A stretch of 63,977 nt of DNA, filler included, from Octopus bimaculoides (taxonomy: Eukaryota): the NCBI RefSeq assembly GCF_001194135.2. It is 8 parts of 7 records of this genome, joined end to end, with 100 filler letters (N's around TTAATTAATTAA, not from the genome) between each part and the next. Parts side by side here need not be neighbours in the genome. Positions count along the whole stretch, not along the records: positions 1 to 29,851 come from NC_068981.1; 7 more parts are not named here. One strand, written 5' to 3'. A program made the translations under genes and the position numbers. Below the pieces are notes generated by a model that was not told the origin of the DNA, ran no database searches, and saw only the letters and a program-made list of their open reading frames with translations. Shown in pieces: positions 1-14,072 of the stretch (position 1 is the first letter of the stretch; each line of letters starts with the position of its first letter).

Positions 1-325
1 TTGCATGTTACTAGGTCTTTCAAGTATAGGAACTTGTCTTTGCCGCCTGTTCGTAATAGGCCCCGGATATTCAGTAGGAATATGGGTGTGATATCTGTGC
101 AGGGGTTCCTGGTGTTAGCGGTGGCCATCCCTGATCCATCATCTGTGGTGGTCTTGGACAATGGTTCGTGTGGCGTTGACTCTGTACCCTCTGCATCCAC
201 GTTAACTGTTGTACCATTTTCTGGGCCAAGCTTAAAAAAGCTTGCTGCTCAGCTACTGCAGTTCGTATAGCCTCTGCATATAGCCTTTTTTTGGGAGCAG
301 AAGGAATATACGGACTTCTCTCATA
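1..325 (-). mobile_element. LINE (APE-type non-LTR retrotransposon) fragment spanning the ORF1/ORF2 junction
   Basis: The minus strand gives an ORF1-like C-terminus (YERSPYIPSAPKKRLYAEAIRTAVAEQQAFLSLAQKMVQQ...HPYSY*, stop at 73-71). It overlaps a second frame starting at ATG 128 (MATANTRNPCTDITPIFLLNIRGLLRTGGKDKFLYLKDLVTC), which matches the xNIRGL start of LINE apurinic endonuclease domains. It runs off the window edge. Confidence 0.75.
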
Positions 326-974
326 TTACTCTGCTGCTTTTAAATAAAGTATATATATATATATATTGCTCGTGTTAAACATCTAAATTTTAATGTTTAT
401 GCGAAAATGTGCGGAAAATATTGAATATGAGGAAAGTGTGCATATGCGAATAAAACAGTGAAAAATATCTGGATGAATAGTTCTATATTTTCTTTGGTGT
501 ATCAAATTATAGAATATATTTTCTTTCAAACATATGTAGAACAAATATACTGGGAATTATGAATTCATGTAAATTGTTAAAAATAGAAAGCTTGATAGTA
601 TCTGTTTTACTCCAACCTAAACTCGTAAAACGAAATGGGTTTAACGTTGCTAAGTTAACAAATCACTTAACAGTTTTAAGAATCTTCGATAGTGTTATTA
701 TAAAGAATTAGATTGAGTCATATAATGTCACAACAGTGATAACTAGATACAAACTATCTACTGAACTGTGAGCTTCCTGGTCCCTTTATTCAATCGATTC
801 ATGTTTGTTAGTCGAGCACGGGAAGAACAGCCTTCGCTTGTTTGTAAAATTTCTCCAGCATTCAAATTTTTAGATCTCACGCTGATATGTCTCTCAATCC
901 CATATGAGAAGAGAAAAAAGAACATTTAAACTTGAACACCAGAACATTAATTTGATAACATAAATAATATATAA

Positions 975-1200
975 ATATATGCATATATCCATACATATAT
1001 GTACATACCTACATCTATATGTATACATACATGCATATATGGGTACAGGGCATCACAAAAAAACGTTAAACACAATGAGAAACGAAAACATAAAAACGAA
1101 GACAGAAAACAAACTTTTTTCCGAACAACGAAAAAAACAAACAGAGAAACGAGACATGCAACATAAAGAATATTTCCCTTCTTCAGTTGTCCCTACGAAT
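975..1200. repeat. Dispersed repeat, copy 1 of 3 (probably Penelope-related non-autonomous family)
   Basis: The sequence 'tatgtacatacctacatcta..atgcatat..gggtacagg.catca.aaaacg...ttcccttc(t/a)tcag' recurs at 29955-30185 and inverted at 27395-27720. Confidence 0.55.
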
Positions 1201-3364
1201 TGTATGAAAGTCCGAGCCTCGGTGATTAGAGTGTTATGTTAGAGATTGTTATGGTCGTAAGTTTGTATTTTGGCCACTTGACACGTTGAGCAAGATTCTT
1301 AATTTCATGCTGCCCCAGGCTCTCAGCTTAAAATTTCTAAGAGACTAGTGTTGGTGTAGTCTCTTTTCCTTCGGCTGTCACGACTCAGTGTTTCCCTGGT
1401 TTCAGAGTGGAAAGTCCAAGAATGTGTGTGTGTCTCTTCGCGACTACATAGAATGTTAACAAATTATACTCAATTACGAGCAGAAACTACGATGACGTCA
1501 CTATAAAGTTGTAAAATTAAAATATATATTATTTCCATTATCGTACTTGCGTTCTCATATTTTTGGGCTCCTAATACATAAAAAAGATTGTCCGTACCTG
1601 TTTTAGGTAAGCGAAACAAATATGATTAAATCTTTCCATTTCCTAATTAACGAGTTATAATCAGTGGCTGTATCTATAAATGTCTAGCTATTTTGAACTC
1701 AGAGAAAGAATGAGTAAGAAATGGGGGTGGCAAGGTTCATGCTACGCCTCAAGATGTTCGTGTGACGTAGGTAAAGTGGAAAGCAGCTCACCAGGAACCT
1801 ACATCTAATTGAGTGCTCTCTTTATTAAATGTTCACTTACAAAATCACCAAATTTTTGGAGACAATGGAGACAGACAGTGTCTTTTATATTTTATCACGC
1901 CATTCTTGTCAAAAAAATCAATGTCTTCTTTTGTTTCACAGTCGTCGTTCTAGAGTACTTACAAATTAAAAGTAAATTTTGCACGATACTGACAAAAGAA
2001 AAAAAATAAACGCCAGTCATGCAATATCATTGAGTAATATATATCTCGGTTATAAAAATATTAATTATTTTTCATTTATCTCTAAATAACATCAAATCAA
2101 AATGTAAAAGGTACCTAATACGCTTTCATTTTTCTTTAGCTAAAACATTTAATTCTAATTAATTCATGCGATTTTTCAAGTAATATGAAACATATTTCTC
2201 TGTTAATAATTAGTGTCAAAACGCATGTAATAGAGTCTGGAAGTTGTACTTCATTATCGTATAAGTTTTCTCCTTATTAAGAACACTCAAGGGGAAGCAT
2301 TTACCTCGTAGTTCAACCTGCAGGAAATAACAAACATAGCGTGTTTAAGTCTGATAATGGACACAATATTTCTGAAACTGAAAACAGAATGGTCAATGCT
2401 CGAATGCATTAAATTCTAAATCTGCTCGTTCTGGGATGATAATAGGGCTAAGCAAAAAGCAACAAGTCTTCTGTCTAAAGAGCAGTGAAATACCAGTGAA
2501 CAAATTATATCTTTCGAATGATTAAGAGAGCTATAGTACAGGTGAGTGCAATGATTGGTATTAGCGGGAAATGTTTAATAGGTGGTTGAATGAACACTGA
2601 CTGTTGCTTTGTTAATAGAAAATAATCGAGGCAATGGAAATATGAACTGAATGATAGTATTTCTGAATGAATATATAAACATGAAAGTGCTCAGTATATG
2701 CATGTGGTATAATTAAAAATTTAAGTATATATGCGTGTGAGAGAGGGTAGCTATGTAATAAAATATATACCAATTGCATTTGATGCAACTATGCACACAC
2801 TCCTTGGGTCTGAATGGCAAATAAGAAAAGACTGAGAGCGGGAGAATCAAAATTAAAGTGGGTTGTAGTAAGACATTAGCTTTATGTTGCTTTAAGCAGG
2901 ATGAAAAATAGGAACAATCTTAACACACTGATAAATGACACGGAACAAGGAAATCGCCGTGAAACTTGCAGCTTGAGTATGTGTACTAAATGAACTCAAA
3001 GAATAACGGTTGGTGCATGTAAATCAGCCACTGTTTTGCAAACAGTAATGTAATATTTTTGTAAATATTTTAACGTTTTTTAATGACATTGTTATAATTA
3101 TTCTTAAACTGTACAGTGAATCAGTAAAAATATTACCAGAAATAAAACTGTCATTTATGCTGCTTCAAAATATTATGTTGTTACATACTGCTCTTACATA
3201 CAAGCAACACCTTCGGTGGCCAGCAGTGCACTATTACAATAACAAATTATTGATCACGACCCTTAGGTTATGATCAAAGTTTAACATTGTAATATTCAAT
3301 GTGAAGGGCGCAATCATCAGGTAAGGAATTCATCAAGGTTTTCACTCGTTAAGTTGAAAAAAAT

Positions 3365-3765
3365 GCAGGCGTGGCTGAGTGATAAGAAGCTTGCTTTCCA
3401 ACCACATAGTTCTCGGTTCTATCCCACTACGTGGCACCTTCGGCAAATGTCTACTACTATAGCCTTGGGCCGGCCAAAGCCTTGAGAATGGATTTGGTAG
3501 AAGGAAACTGAAAGAAGCCCGTCGTATATATCTATGTATATCTTTATGTGTCTGTGTGTGTGTATGTTTGTTCCCCTGCCATCGCTTGACAACCGATGCT
3601 GGTGTGTTTATGTATCCATAACTTAGCGGTTCGCCTAAAGAAACCCGTAGAATAAGTACTAGGCATACAAAGAAAAAGTCCTGAGGTGGATTTCTTCGAC
3701 TAAAACCATTTAGGGCGGCGCTCCAGCATGGCCACAATCAAATGACTGAAACAAGTGTAAAGAAG
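3365..3765 (+). mobile_element. tRNA-derived SINE family A, full length
   Basis: The head 'ggcgtggctgagtgataagaagcttgctttccaaccac..ggttctatcccact' has A/B-box-like motifs. There is a central (TA/TG)n and the tail 'gcggcgctccagcatggcc..aatgactgaaacaagt'. More than 10 copies are in the window. Confidence 0.85.
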
Positions 3766-5299
3766 TACTCTTTAATAAATAATTTTATCTTTAAAAGGTA
3801 CCAGACAAGTACACAAATGCACACACACGCACACACACGCACGCACAAACACAAACACACACACACATACACACATAAATACTCGAACTTCGTATTCCAA
3901 AATGGCGGCGATTACCAGCATTTTTACGTAGATCTCTTGCATATTTGCGAATATCCTTCTACATAAATTATCAGTATGTTTGTTAGTCGACAAATAAAGG
4001 ATATAAGTATCCATCAAATGCAGTGTTGTGTCGCCAGTCTCGGTGTTTTATACCATTGTGAATATATATNNNNNNNNNNNNNNNNNNNNNNNNNNNNNNN
4101 NNNNNNNNNNNNNNNNNNNNNNNNNNNNNNNNNNNNNNNNNNNNNNNNNNNNNNNNNNNNNNNNNNNNNNNNNNNNNNNNNNNNNNNNNNNNNNNNNNNN
4201 NNNNNNNNNNNNNNNNNNNNNNNNNNNNNNNNNNNNNNNNNNNNNNNNNNNNNNNNNNNNNNNNNNNNNNNNNNNNNNNNNNNNNNNNNNNNNNNNNNNN
4301 NNNNNNNNNNNNNNNNNNNNNNNNNNNNNNNNNNNNNNNNNNNNNNTATATATATATATATATATATAGGGTGAATAACTATTCTTTATTTGTGCATTAT
4401 CAAAGTTACCAATGTTTTATGTAGAATGACAAACGCAGACACAAATTCACATACACAGACACATACACAGATACATACACACACTCACACACACATACAC
4501 GCACACACACATATGATGTGAATAAATAGTCGCCTTCATTGTGTATGACTAGAATCAGCCAACATATAAATGAACGTGCAACACAAATTCAAAGCATGGA
4601 AAACGTACTCTTAAACTTACATTTACGTTACAGCATACATTTTTAGCTTTGACTCAAACAAATCTATAATGAAGGCAATATAAAGAACCTAACTGACCAC
4701 AGTATATGACAGGTACTAATTTCATTGAATAATTAAATTACGAAATGCTAAATAAAACCTGCCATTTGAACTGTAAGCATAAAGAGATGTAGCTATGCAA
4801 ATACTACAACTTTTACCAGTTCTACCACTCTCACTTATCCTCAAGCAAACATACATTTTAGATATGAAACATATATACAAAAAATATGAATATATATTAC
4901 ATTGATATAAAGTTTTATAGAAGCTCATTATGATAATGTTACATTGGTTGCTTAATTAAAAATCAGACGATCAATAATTATTCTGAATATAAACTGATTA
5001 TTTTTCAACTATATTGTATTTCGTAAATGACAAATTAGGTAGTGTATATAGATAGTCGCATTAGTTTATTTTATCTTACGCAGAATGCAGTTTACTAACT
5101 GCATTATATTAAACAGTGTGCGGAGTACAATAAATCAATATCAGTAATATTGTTCAACAAACATATATATTCGCAAAATTACACATTCTCCAAGTATACC
5201 TTCAGCTATAAAAAAATAGTTTGGTAAAAGAAATGTCACAGACATCACAAAAGCTGTAGACGTGAACTTTGGCGATTTAAACATGAAAGAAACTCTTGA

Positions 5300-7420
5300 G
5301 CTAAGCCAGACTCAGGGACTAACTGGAGTTTATCGACCCCCAGAGGAAGTAAAAAAGAAGACTATTAAATCATTATTCTTGAATTTAAACTAGCTAATTC
5401 TGGTATTCAAAAATAATACTTGAAATAATAATTCATATATAGTTTTTTCAATTTGAGTGCTGAGTGAAGATGATTTTCCGAGTCTTTCTTTCCTTACTGA
5501 AGCTTTCAAATGATTTCATAATATTAAAACTGCAACTAGCTGACAGCTCACGCACAGCGGCCAATTGAATTGACAATAGTGAGCATTACCTGAAATTTCT
5601 GCTCTTAAGTTTCGTAAAACTATTTCTCCATTCAGAAAAATTAACTGAGAAGTTTCTTAGTTTCATGTGTCTGAATGTTTGAGCACATTTCAGAAGTATT
5701 TTCTCAATTCACTATTTTTTTCATAAAACTCAAATATGTCGGTATCAGCGCTATGAAACATACAGGGTCTGAGGCTGTTTTGCTTTAAAACTGACTACAG
5801 TAGCATCTAGAATATGAATCCAAGTCATAGAAATGAGCCAAGTTTTCTTCTGTTTTAATATCGGGACGATCAACAATTCTCTTTATTATTCTCATTATTT
5901 ATTCTTTTGCCCGACTTTTTTGGTTGTTTTCTTTACAAGTGAATATCCCATTCTCATACTTTCAGTCCAGCTTTAGTAGATTCACTGGGCTATGCCTCTC
6001 GACTGCTTAAAAATAATCTTGACGGGTTTGGCCTTTAAATTACAATCAGTACAATAAAGTTCATGGTATGATCTTTGAATCGTTCTCGAACTACATGAAT
6101 CCTTTTATGAATTTAATCAAAATTCAACCAAAACTAAGAAATTAAAAGCAAAATTATTTCAGCCCCTGCCTTGCACGTTGCATCGCTTATTTCGTCAACA
6201 GTGTGGTTAAGATCATCGGCGATGCTTTGCATATGTCTACAAATGACGTCAAAGGATTTGCGAACTGGCTACAATCTCTGTTCTAAAATTCCATCGCGTT
6301 TGAGATTGAGAATTTTGCTGCTGGTATGGTACCTTTTAGCTTTAGACGAAACAGCTGAAGAGGAAAAGAAAGGATAACGCGACTGATTCACAAGGATGTC
6401 TAGCAGCACGCACTTTGACCAAAGTGAGAGAAGATCGAAATTTATAAAATAGAGTAGAGTCAGAAAGCATATCAAGTAAGCATACGAATGCTATGCAGAA
6501 TTTTTTCAGTAGAAACTATCAGCTGAACAAATTCACTTTGCAGAAACAAGAAATAGATATATTATTTGTCTTCCAGGGTTCTTTCAAATTGCTGATGTTC
6601 TATTGGGATAAATATGATCAATGTTTTCTAACAATTTTAATAAACCTACAAAAGATTTCTGAAACTGATTTCCATGTAACCAAGCAATACAATGTATTGA
6701 ATTGCCAAAACTATTTTGCGATGAAAATCATCTGGCCTCTTTCGTTCCTCTGATGAAATTTAAGCTTAAAACTATATATCAACGGTTACCTGTACTTTTT
6801 AAAAAATATTTCCCCCATATCCTTCAATAAGATGTAGCAGTATCGATGATTTTTAAAATTATTTTTTCAGTATTATTTTTCTGTGTTTCAGTACTGAAAA
6901 AGATCGAATATATTTTTATTTCTTCCTATGAAAATTCAAAACCATTTTCAAATTTAGCCATAGTAAAAAGTAAAAGACTGCTTTCTTCTTCAGAAATAAA
7001 CAATCCTATGAACCCCAAACTTTTCCAAATTTCCTTCCAACATTTCTTAAATCTTCATTCACTCGTTGTTTATATCTTTGTGATAACAAATTGCCCTTTA
7101 ATATTTTGAAAATACTTTGAAGCTAATGTAACAATTTCTGTCGATAGGACATCTGAAAAATTATATCTTTGATATTTTATCAAGCTCGAAGAAACCTAAT
7201 TCATTACTCTGAATAGCACCTGGTAAGGACTGTGCTGTGTTTCTCTGTTTTTCGCAGTTTCAGTATATTCCTTTACTTTGAAAACACATCTGGTACTCTA
7301 AAGTCACGTAATTCTCCTTCACAAACCATGGACCCAGACAGGCTGGGTTTCAATAATGTTTGATGTAGTAAATGCTTCTGAAGGAAAACCGGATTATATA
7401 AAATATATCATAAAAAACCC
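5300..7420 (-). mobile_element. Highly degenerate hAT-type DNA transposase fossil
   Basis: Minus-strand fragments include SQSQTRWNFRTEIV (hAT TRWN-like motif, ~6290) and SASCSFNIMK / KERLGKSSSLSTQIEK (resembling the hAT C-terminal dimerisation domain ERSFS...ERLSSL...IEK, ~5450-5550). There are many stops and frameshifts, and the boundaries are approximate. Confidence 0.5.
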
Positions 7421-7546
7421 ACTTCATTTATTTTATCTTCTACACCCTGTATTTTACCCTTCTGCAAATTTTACCGTTCGTTCTCTACATTAGATGCTCG
7501 CTTCATGGTCAACCCTTCTAAAGAAATAAACACATACACTATATGT

Positions 7547-7584
<38 letters not shown>

Positions 7585-8581
7585 NNNNNNNNNNNNNNNN
7601 NNNNNNNNNNNNNNNNNNNNNNNNNNNNNNNNNNNNNNNNNNNNNNNNNNNNNNNNNNNNNNNNNNNNNNNNNNNNNNNNNNNNNNNNNNNNNNNNNNNN
7701 NNNNNNNNNNNNNNNNNNNNNNNNNNNNNNNNNNNNNNNNNNNNNNNNNNNNNNNNNNNNNNNNNNNNNNNNNNNNNNNNNNNNNNNNNNNNNNNNNNNN
7801 NNNNNNNNNNNNNNNNNNNNNNNNNNNNNNNNNNNNNNNNNNNNNNNNNNNNNNNNNNNNNNNNNNNNNNNNNNNNNNNNNNNNNNNNNNNNNNNNNNNN
7901 NNNNNNNNNNNNNNNNNNNNNNNNNNNNNNNNNNNNNNNNNNNNNNNNNNNNNNNNNNNNNNNNNNNNNNNNNNNNNNNNNNNNNNNNNNNNNNNNNNNN
8001 NNNNNNNNNNNNNNNNNNNNNNNNNNNNNNNNNNNNNNNNNNNNNNNNNNNNNNNNNNNNNNNNNNNNNNNNNNNNNNNNNNNNNNNNNNNNNNNNNNNN
8101 NNNNNNNNNNNNNNNNNNNNNNNNNNNNNNNNNNNNNNNNNNNNNNNNNNNNNNNNNNNNNNNNNNNNNNNNNNNNNNNNNNNNNNNNNNNNNNNNNNNN
8201 NNNNNNNNNNNNNNNNNNNNNNNNNNNNNNNNNNNNNNNNNNNNNNNNNNNNNNNNNNNNNNNNNNNNNNNNNNNNNNNNNNNNNNNNNNNNNNNNNNNN
8301 NNNNNNNNNNNNNNNNNNNNNNNNNNNNNNNNNNNNNNNNNNNNNNNNNNNNNNNNNNNNNNNNNNNNNNNNNNNNNNNNNNNNNNNNNNNNNNNNNNNN
8401 NNNNNNNNNNNNNNNNNNNNNNNNNNNNNNNNNNNNNNNNNNNNNNNNNNNNNNNNNTATATATATATATATAAAATAGTTCTTCATCATCAGAAATATG
8501 TTGCGTCAAACAGTGTAATTAGTTCTGCATAATAACATAAGTTCATCGAGTTTCAGGATGGCAATACAGATATTCGTGTTC

Positions 8582-8618
<37 letters not shown>

Positions 8619-9731
8619 GCTGTAATTTCTTGCTGCAAGTTCTAGGTAGTCTTTACAGAACCATTTTTTAAAAAATCCTTCCCTTTCAATTCTCGACGCC
8701 TTTCAAAATAATCCCTCCCATTCCCATATTTTCTTTACTCACAATTTTTTTTCTATTTCTCTGTACTTAAAATGCATTTTTCTGTACGTTCCTTTGTTTA
8801 TATGCTTTTCATACTCATGTCTCCCTTTTGTAACTCCCCCTTTTTCAATAATCACGTGCTTTATATATCATTACTAACCATTATGTTCTCCTTCTCTCTG
8901 CCTTCCTACCAGCTCTTTCCCGCTCAATTGCTATTTTTTACCTATTTACTTTTCCACTAATTCTTTTACCACCTTTATCCATTTTGTAACTTTGCATCTA
9001 CTTGTCTAACTATACCTTTCCCTTTATTGTTTACCCCTCATTTTTCCTACTTCCATGTCTCCCTCTTAATTTTAATACGTTCACATCCAACTCCACTCCA
9101 CTCCACTCATTCCCAATCAGTCACCTGCTTCCCACACCACTTACGCCCTTCTATGCTCGTCTCCTTACAAAGATATTCTCATTTATATACACACAACTCC
9201 TCGCATCTTCCTCAATTCTTAACTGCTCCCCATAGAGCTGCATTCCCACTCAGCCCCCAACCCTTTGCCGGAAACGTCAAAGACACTTTTTCCTTTTCCT
9301 TTTTCTTCCAAGTGTGAAACTAATAACACCTTTGTGAAAACTTATCCCTCCTGTGTTTTACTTGATTTTGTTCAATCAAGATTTGTGTCTAAATATTTAT
9401 ACAAGACTAAATGTACTGACATATAGAGAGACTAAAGGGAGACCTCTCCAAGTGAATTCAATTATATATCACAACGATGGTTAAAAACATTTTTATCAAG
9501 ATATGTTTTATATATTTTTTCGTATGAGATCCATAGAGTTTGTCGAGATCAGATCAATTCTCTAATCTGTAATCATATTTCTTGATGAATTCGGGAGGCT
9601 TACTACACCAAATAGAGTGCACGTGTTCAAATAAAAAATCATGAAAATAATAAAATAAAGATAATACCAGAACACAGTCGTGTTTTCAATAAATTGTATA
9701 CGTACGTATATATATATATATATATATGTAC

Positions 9732-9807
<76 letters not shown>

Positions 9808-10515
9808 GCATGCAAACATATACGTACATATGTATTTATGTGTGCGTGTGTACATACATACATACATACATATATATATATATATAGTTAGATACGTATG
9901 TGTGCGTATATTTGATTGTCTTTGTGAGTTTTGTTTCTGCTTCTCTGTCTATTCATCTATAAATCTAGATGTCCATCTTAAGAATAATAGCTACATATTC
10001 TTTTATTGTAACAAAGCAGGAAGTGACGTTAATGCTGGATAATTATTTGGTTCTATTAATTTGCTTCAATTAACTATATTTCCAATAACCATGAAAGAAA
10101 CAATAGCGGAAAAACTAACATTGTTTCGTTTAGATTTACGTCCAGGCAATGTATCAACATTTTTATAGTAATAGAACCACTTAAAACGTAGATTTCCTAT
10201 CAATTGAAAATTGTTGTCAAATAGACATCATATTTCAAGGTCCGGTCAAACCACTCATCAAAGCAATACACTTAAACTTGCAAGTTTGCTGTCTAATTAT
10301 TTTTCCCAAGGCTAATAGAGAAAATAAACTTTTAGAGGAAAATTAATGAAAAAATAATGAAAAGACCTTTTTAGTAATGAATAAAAGGCACCATGGATAA
10401 CAAAAAAATGATAAATCAATAATGGCGGGAAAAAACCCAATATAGAACAGAGAATATATGTGTGTGTGTTTGAATCTGTGTGTGTGTGTGAATGTGTGCG
10501 TGTGTGTATTCATAC

Positions 10516-10556
<41 letters not shown>

Positions 10557-10634
10557 TATACATACACAGATATATATATATATGCATATACGTATACATA
10601 TATGCACATATACGTATACATACACACACATATT

Positions 10635-10675
<41 letters not shown>

Positions 10676-12380
10676 GATAGTTCACGATGGTTCACGCTCG
10701 TTATCAGCATTTCGCAATCTCAAATGCTATACATTCTAAAATGTTCAGTTTACATCTAAATAGTCGAGTTAAAACTGAAATTTTTAATTAAATAAAAGAA
10801 CTGAAAGATAGAAAAAAAAACATCACAAACTAAACAATATATAAAGTAAATGATTCATAAGAGGAAGCATTTGTTACTGTTTAAAAGTTGTCTTGCATTG
10901 GTGACAAAAGAAAATTTGCAAAAGTCATTTTGAATTAATAAAACGGTAATATGAGTTAATGTCTTGTTTTACAGTAAGTTTGAACTACATGAAATTTAGT
11001 ACGTTCAGCTGTTACTACTCATAGAATAAAACAAAAACTGATAGACAGAAATATTAATTAGCCGAGTCGCCGTAATCTTCTATCAGATACGCTTACTTTA
11101 CTTATATTTGCAAATGTTTATTTACTTTTATTATTTAGTTATTTATTCTCATTTTATATATTTCCATATCACTCCTTTTTGAGAGACTTTTTTTATTATT
11201 ATTTCCATTTTCACTTGCATCTGAGTAGAATTCTTTGTGTATTTCTTTCTTATTCGCATGTGTCTATGCAAGGTTTCTTTCACTGTGTATTACTACATAC
11301 GTATCTTTGTCATTGCTGTATGTACGCATAGACATTCGTTACAACATGAACTTGGGTGTGTTTGTATAGATATTATACATGTTCGATGCGCCTTCCTTTG
11401 TGCATGTGTGTGTGCGTATTTACTTTCATATATGAGCTTCAACTAAGATGTACATTTGCAAGAATACAGCTTGTTAATTTACTCGAAAGTTCCTTGTTCC
11501 TTGTTGAATTATTTTTACTTACTAATAAATGAAGCAAGATATCACTTCGTTAAGATACGGAGTATAGCCCTACGGGCAAGGATCATATCGAGTCAAAGAC
11601 AACTGCACTAGTTTTACGTAAGAGTAAAAAGAGACGAAACATCCAATTATAACTAACTTCATCATACAGCATTACTTCTACCCAGTTATCTCTGTTCTTT
11701 TTCGTCATTCTAACTCTTTGACACATTATCTCTAATTGACTTTCTCTTTCTCAACACCAATCTACGTATATATATATATATATATATATATATNNNNNNN
11801 NNNNNNNNNNNNNNNNNNNNNNNNNNNNNNNNNNNNNNNNNNNNNNNNNNNNNNNNNNNNNNNNNNNNNNNNNNNNNNNNNNNNNNNNNNNNNNNNNNNN
11901 NNNNNNNNNNNNNNNNNNNNNNNNNNNNNNNNNNNNNNNNNNNNNNNNNNNNNNNNNNNNNNNNNNNNNNNNNNNNNNNNNNNNNNNNNNNNNNNNNNNN
12001 NNNNNNNNNNNNNNNNNNNNNNNNNNNNNNNNNNNNNNNNNNNNNNNNNNNNNNNNNNNNNNNNNNNNNNNNNNNNNNNNNNNNNNNNNNNNNNNNNNNN
12101 NNNNNNNNNNNNNNNNNNNNNNNNNNNNNNNNNNNNNNNNNNNNNNNNNNNNNNNNNNNNNNNNNNNNNNNNNNNNNNNNNNNNNNNNNNNNNNNNNNNN
12201 NNNNNNNNNNNNNNNNNNNNNNNNNNNNNNNNNNNNNNNNNNNNNNNNNNNNNNNNNNNNNNNNNNNNNNNNNNNNNNNNNNNNNNNNNNNNNNNNNNNN
12301 NNNNNNNNNNNNNNNNNNNNNNNNNNNNNNNNNNNNNNNNNNNNNNNNNNNNNNNNNNNNNNNNNNNNNNNNNNNNNNNN

Positions 12381-12432
<52 letters not shown>

Positions 12433-13908
12433 TATTGTAATATTGTATATATATATGAGCGTGTGTGTCCGTGTGTGTCCGTGTGTGTATGTATACATAG
12501 ATAGATGTGTATGCGTGTTGGTGGTTATATCCATCTTTCTATGTCATCCTTTTTCGTTTATAGGATCTTTTGATTTAAATGTTCCACAAGAATAGCGTTT
12601 TAAAGCCCGCTCGTATCTCTGTTATACCTGTATTTTCAATTTTCTCACTTCGTTAGTAATACTCTTCAATAAAATTAAGAACACATAGCAGAATTTCTAA
12701 TTTTACTACTGATTTCAACTATGAGACACTTGATTACAACATCAAATATGAATCTAAAAGAGGAAAAGAAAAACTGTTAATTGTATAACCCCGATGATGC
12801 AGTTAATTTTTTCTTCTTTTTTTCCTTTCTATTGCTGATGAAATATTTCCTTTTAATCCGAAATAAAATTTCGAAATAATGAATTTCTAAAAGCGAATGG
12901 TAAAGCTTCTAGAAGCCTAAAAAAAGATGTCCTGCTCGTAGCCATAAACTAAAAGAAGTATTGGGGATTAATAAATTGCTCCATTGACCTAGTTATGCAT
13001 TAAACCACTCATAGCATTCATAGCTTGGCTGGTAAAATATGTTACCAATTGTTATGGTTACACATTGCGTAGGCAAGCTTTATTGTCTTTGATCATAACG
13101 ATCAATCACAAAGTAATTATAAATATTCTAATTATGGCCTTAGTAACGTTATTGTATCTCCAGAAATATGGACATGCATAAATATATATATATATGTATA
13201 TNNNNNNNNNNNNNNNNNNNNNNNNNNNNNNNNNNNNNNNNNNNNNNNNNNNNNNNNNNNNNNNNNNNNNNNNNNNNNNNNNNNNNNNNNNNNNNNNNNN
13301 NNNNNNNNNNNNNNNNNNNNNNNNNNNNNNNNNNNNNNNNNNNNNNNNNNNNNNNNNNNNNNNNNNNNNNNNNNNNNNNNNNNNNNNNNNNNNNNNNNNN
13401 NNNNNNNNNNNNNNNNNNNNNNNNNNNNNNNNNNNNNNNNNNNNNNNNNNNNNNNNNNNNNNNNNNNNNNNNNNNNNNNNNNNNNNNNNNNNNNNNNNNN
13501 NNNNNNNNNNNNNNNNNNNNNNNNNNNNNNNNNNNNNNNNNNNNNNNNNNNNNNNNNNNNNNNNNNNNNNNNNNNNNNNNNNNNNNNNNNNNNNNNNNNN
13601 NNNNNNNNNNNNNNNNNNNNNNNNNNNNNNNNNNNNNNNNNNNNNNNNNNNNNNNNNNNNNNNNNNNNNNNNNNNNNNNNNNNNNNNNNNNNNNNNNNNN
13701 NNNNNNNNNNNNNNNNNNNNNNNNNNNNNNNNNNNNNNNNNNNNNNNNNNNNNNNNNNNNNNNNNNNNNNNNNNNNNNNNNNNNNNNNNNNNNNNNNNNN
13801 NNNNNNNNNNNNNNNNNNNNNNNNNNNNNNNNNNNNNNNNNNNNNNNNNNNNNNNNNNNNNNNNNNNNNNNNNNNNNNNNNNNNNNNNNNNNNNNNNNNN
13901 NNNNNNNN

Positions 13909-14035
13909 GGCTAAAGAGACCGATAGAATAAGTACTAGGCTTACAAAGAATAAGTCCTGGGGTCGATTTGCTCGACTAAATGCGGTGCTCCAGCATGGCC
14001 GCAGTCAAATGACTGAAACAAGTAAAAGAGTAAAA

Positions 14036-14040
<5 letters not shown>
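13909..14040 (+). mobile_element. SINE family A, 3' half (5' part in gap)
   Basis: 'ccgatagaataagtactaggcttacaaagaataagtcctggggtcgat..gcggtgctccagcatggccgcagtcaaatgactgaaacaagtaaaaga'. Confidence 0.85.

Positions 14041-14072
<32 letters not shown>

Noticed and set aside
2323-2541. Segment bounded by ctgcag| and CAG|GTGAGT
   Set aside because: It has stops in all three frames and no supporting neighbour exon. At most it is a non-coding exon.
8700-9330. Pyrimidine-rich block with several 60-96 aa ORFs
   Set aside because: The compositional bias explains the open frames, and I recognise no motif.
12830-12880. Other CTGATGA words (6750, 12835, 23503 minus, 25664 minus)
   Set aside because: None has a stem II plus GAAA plus NUH plus stem I arrangement.
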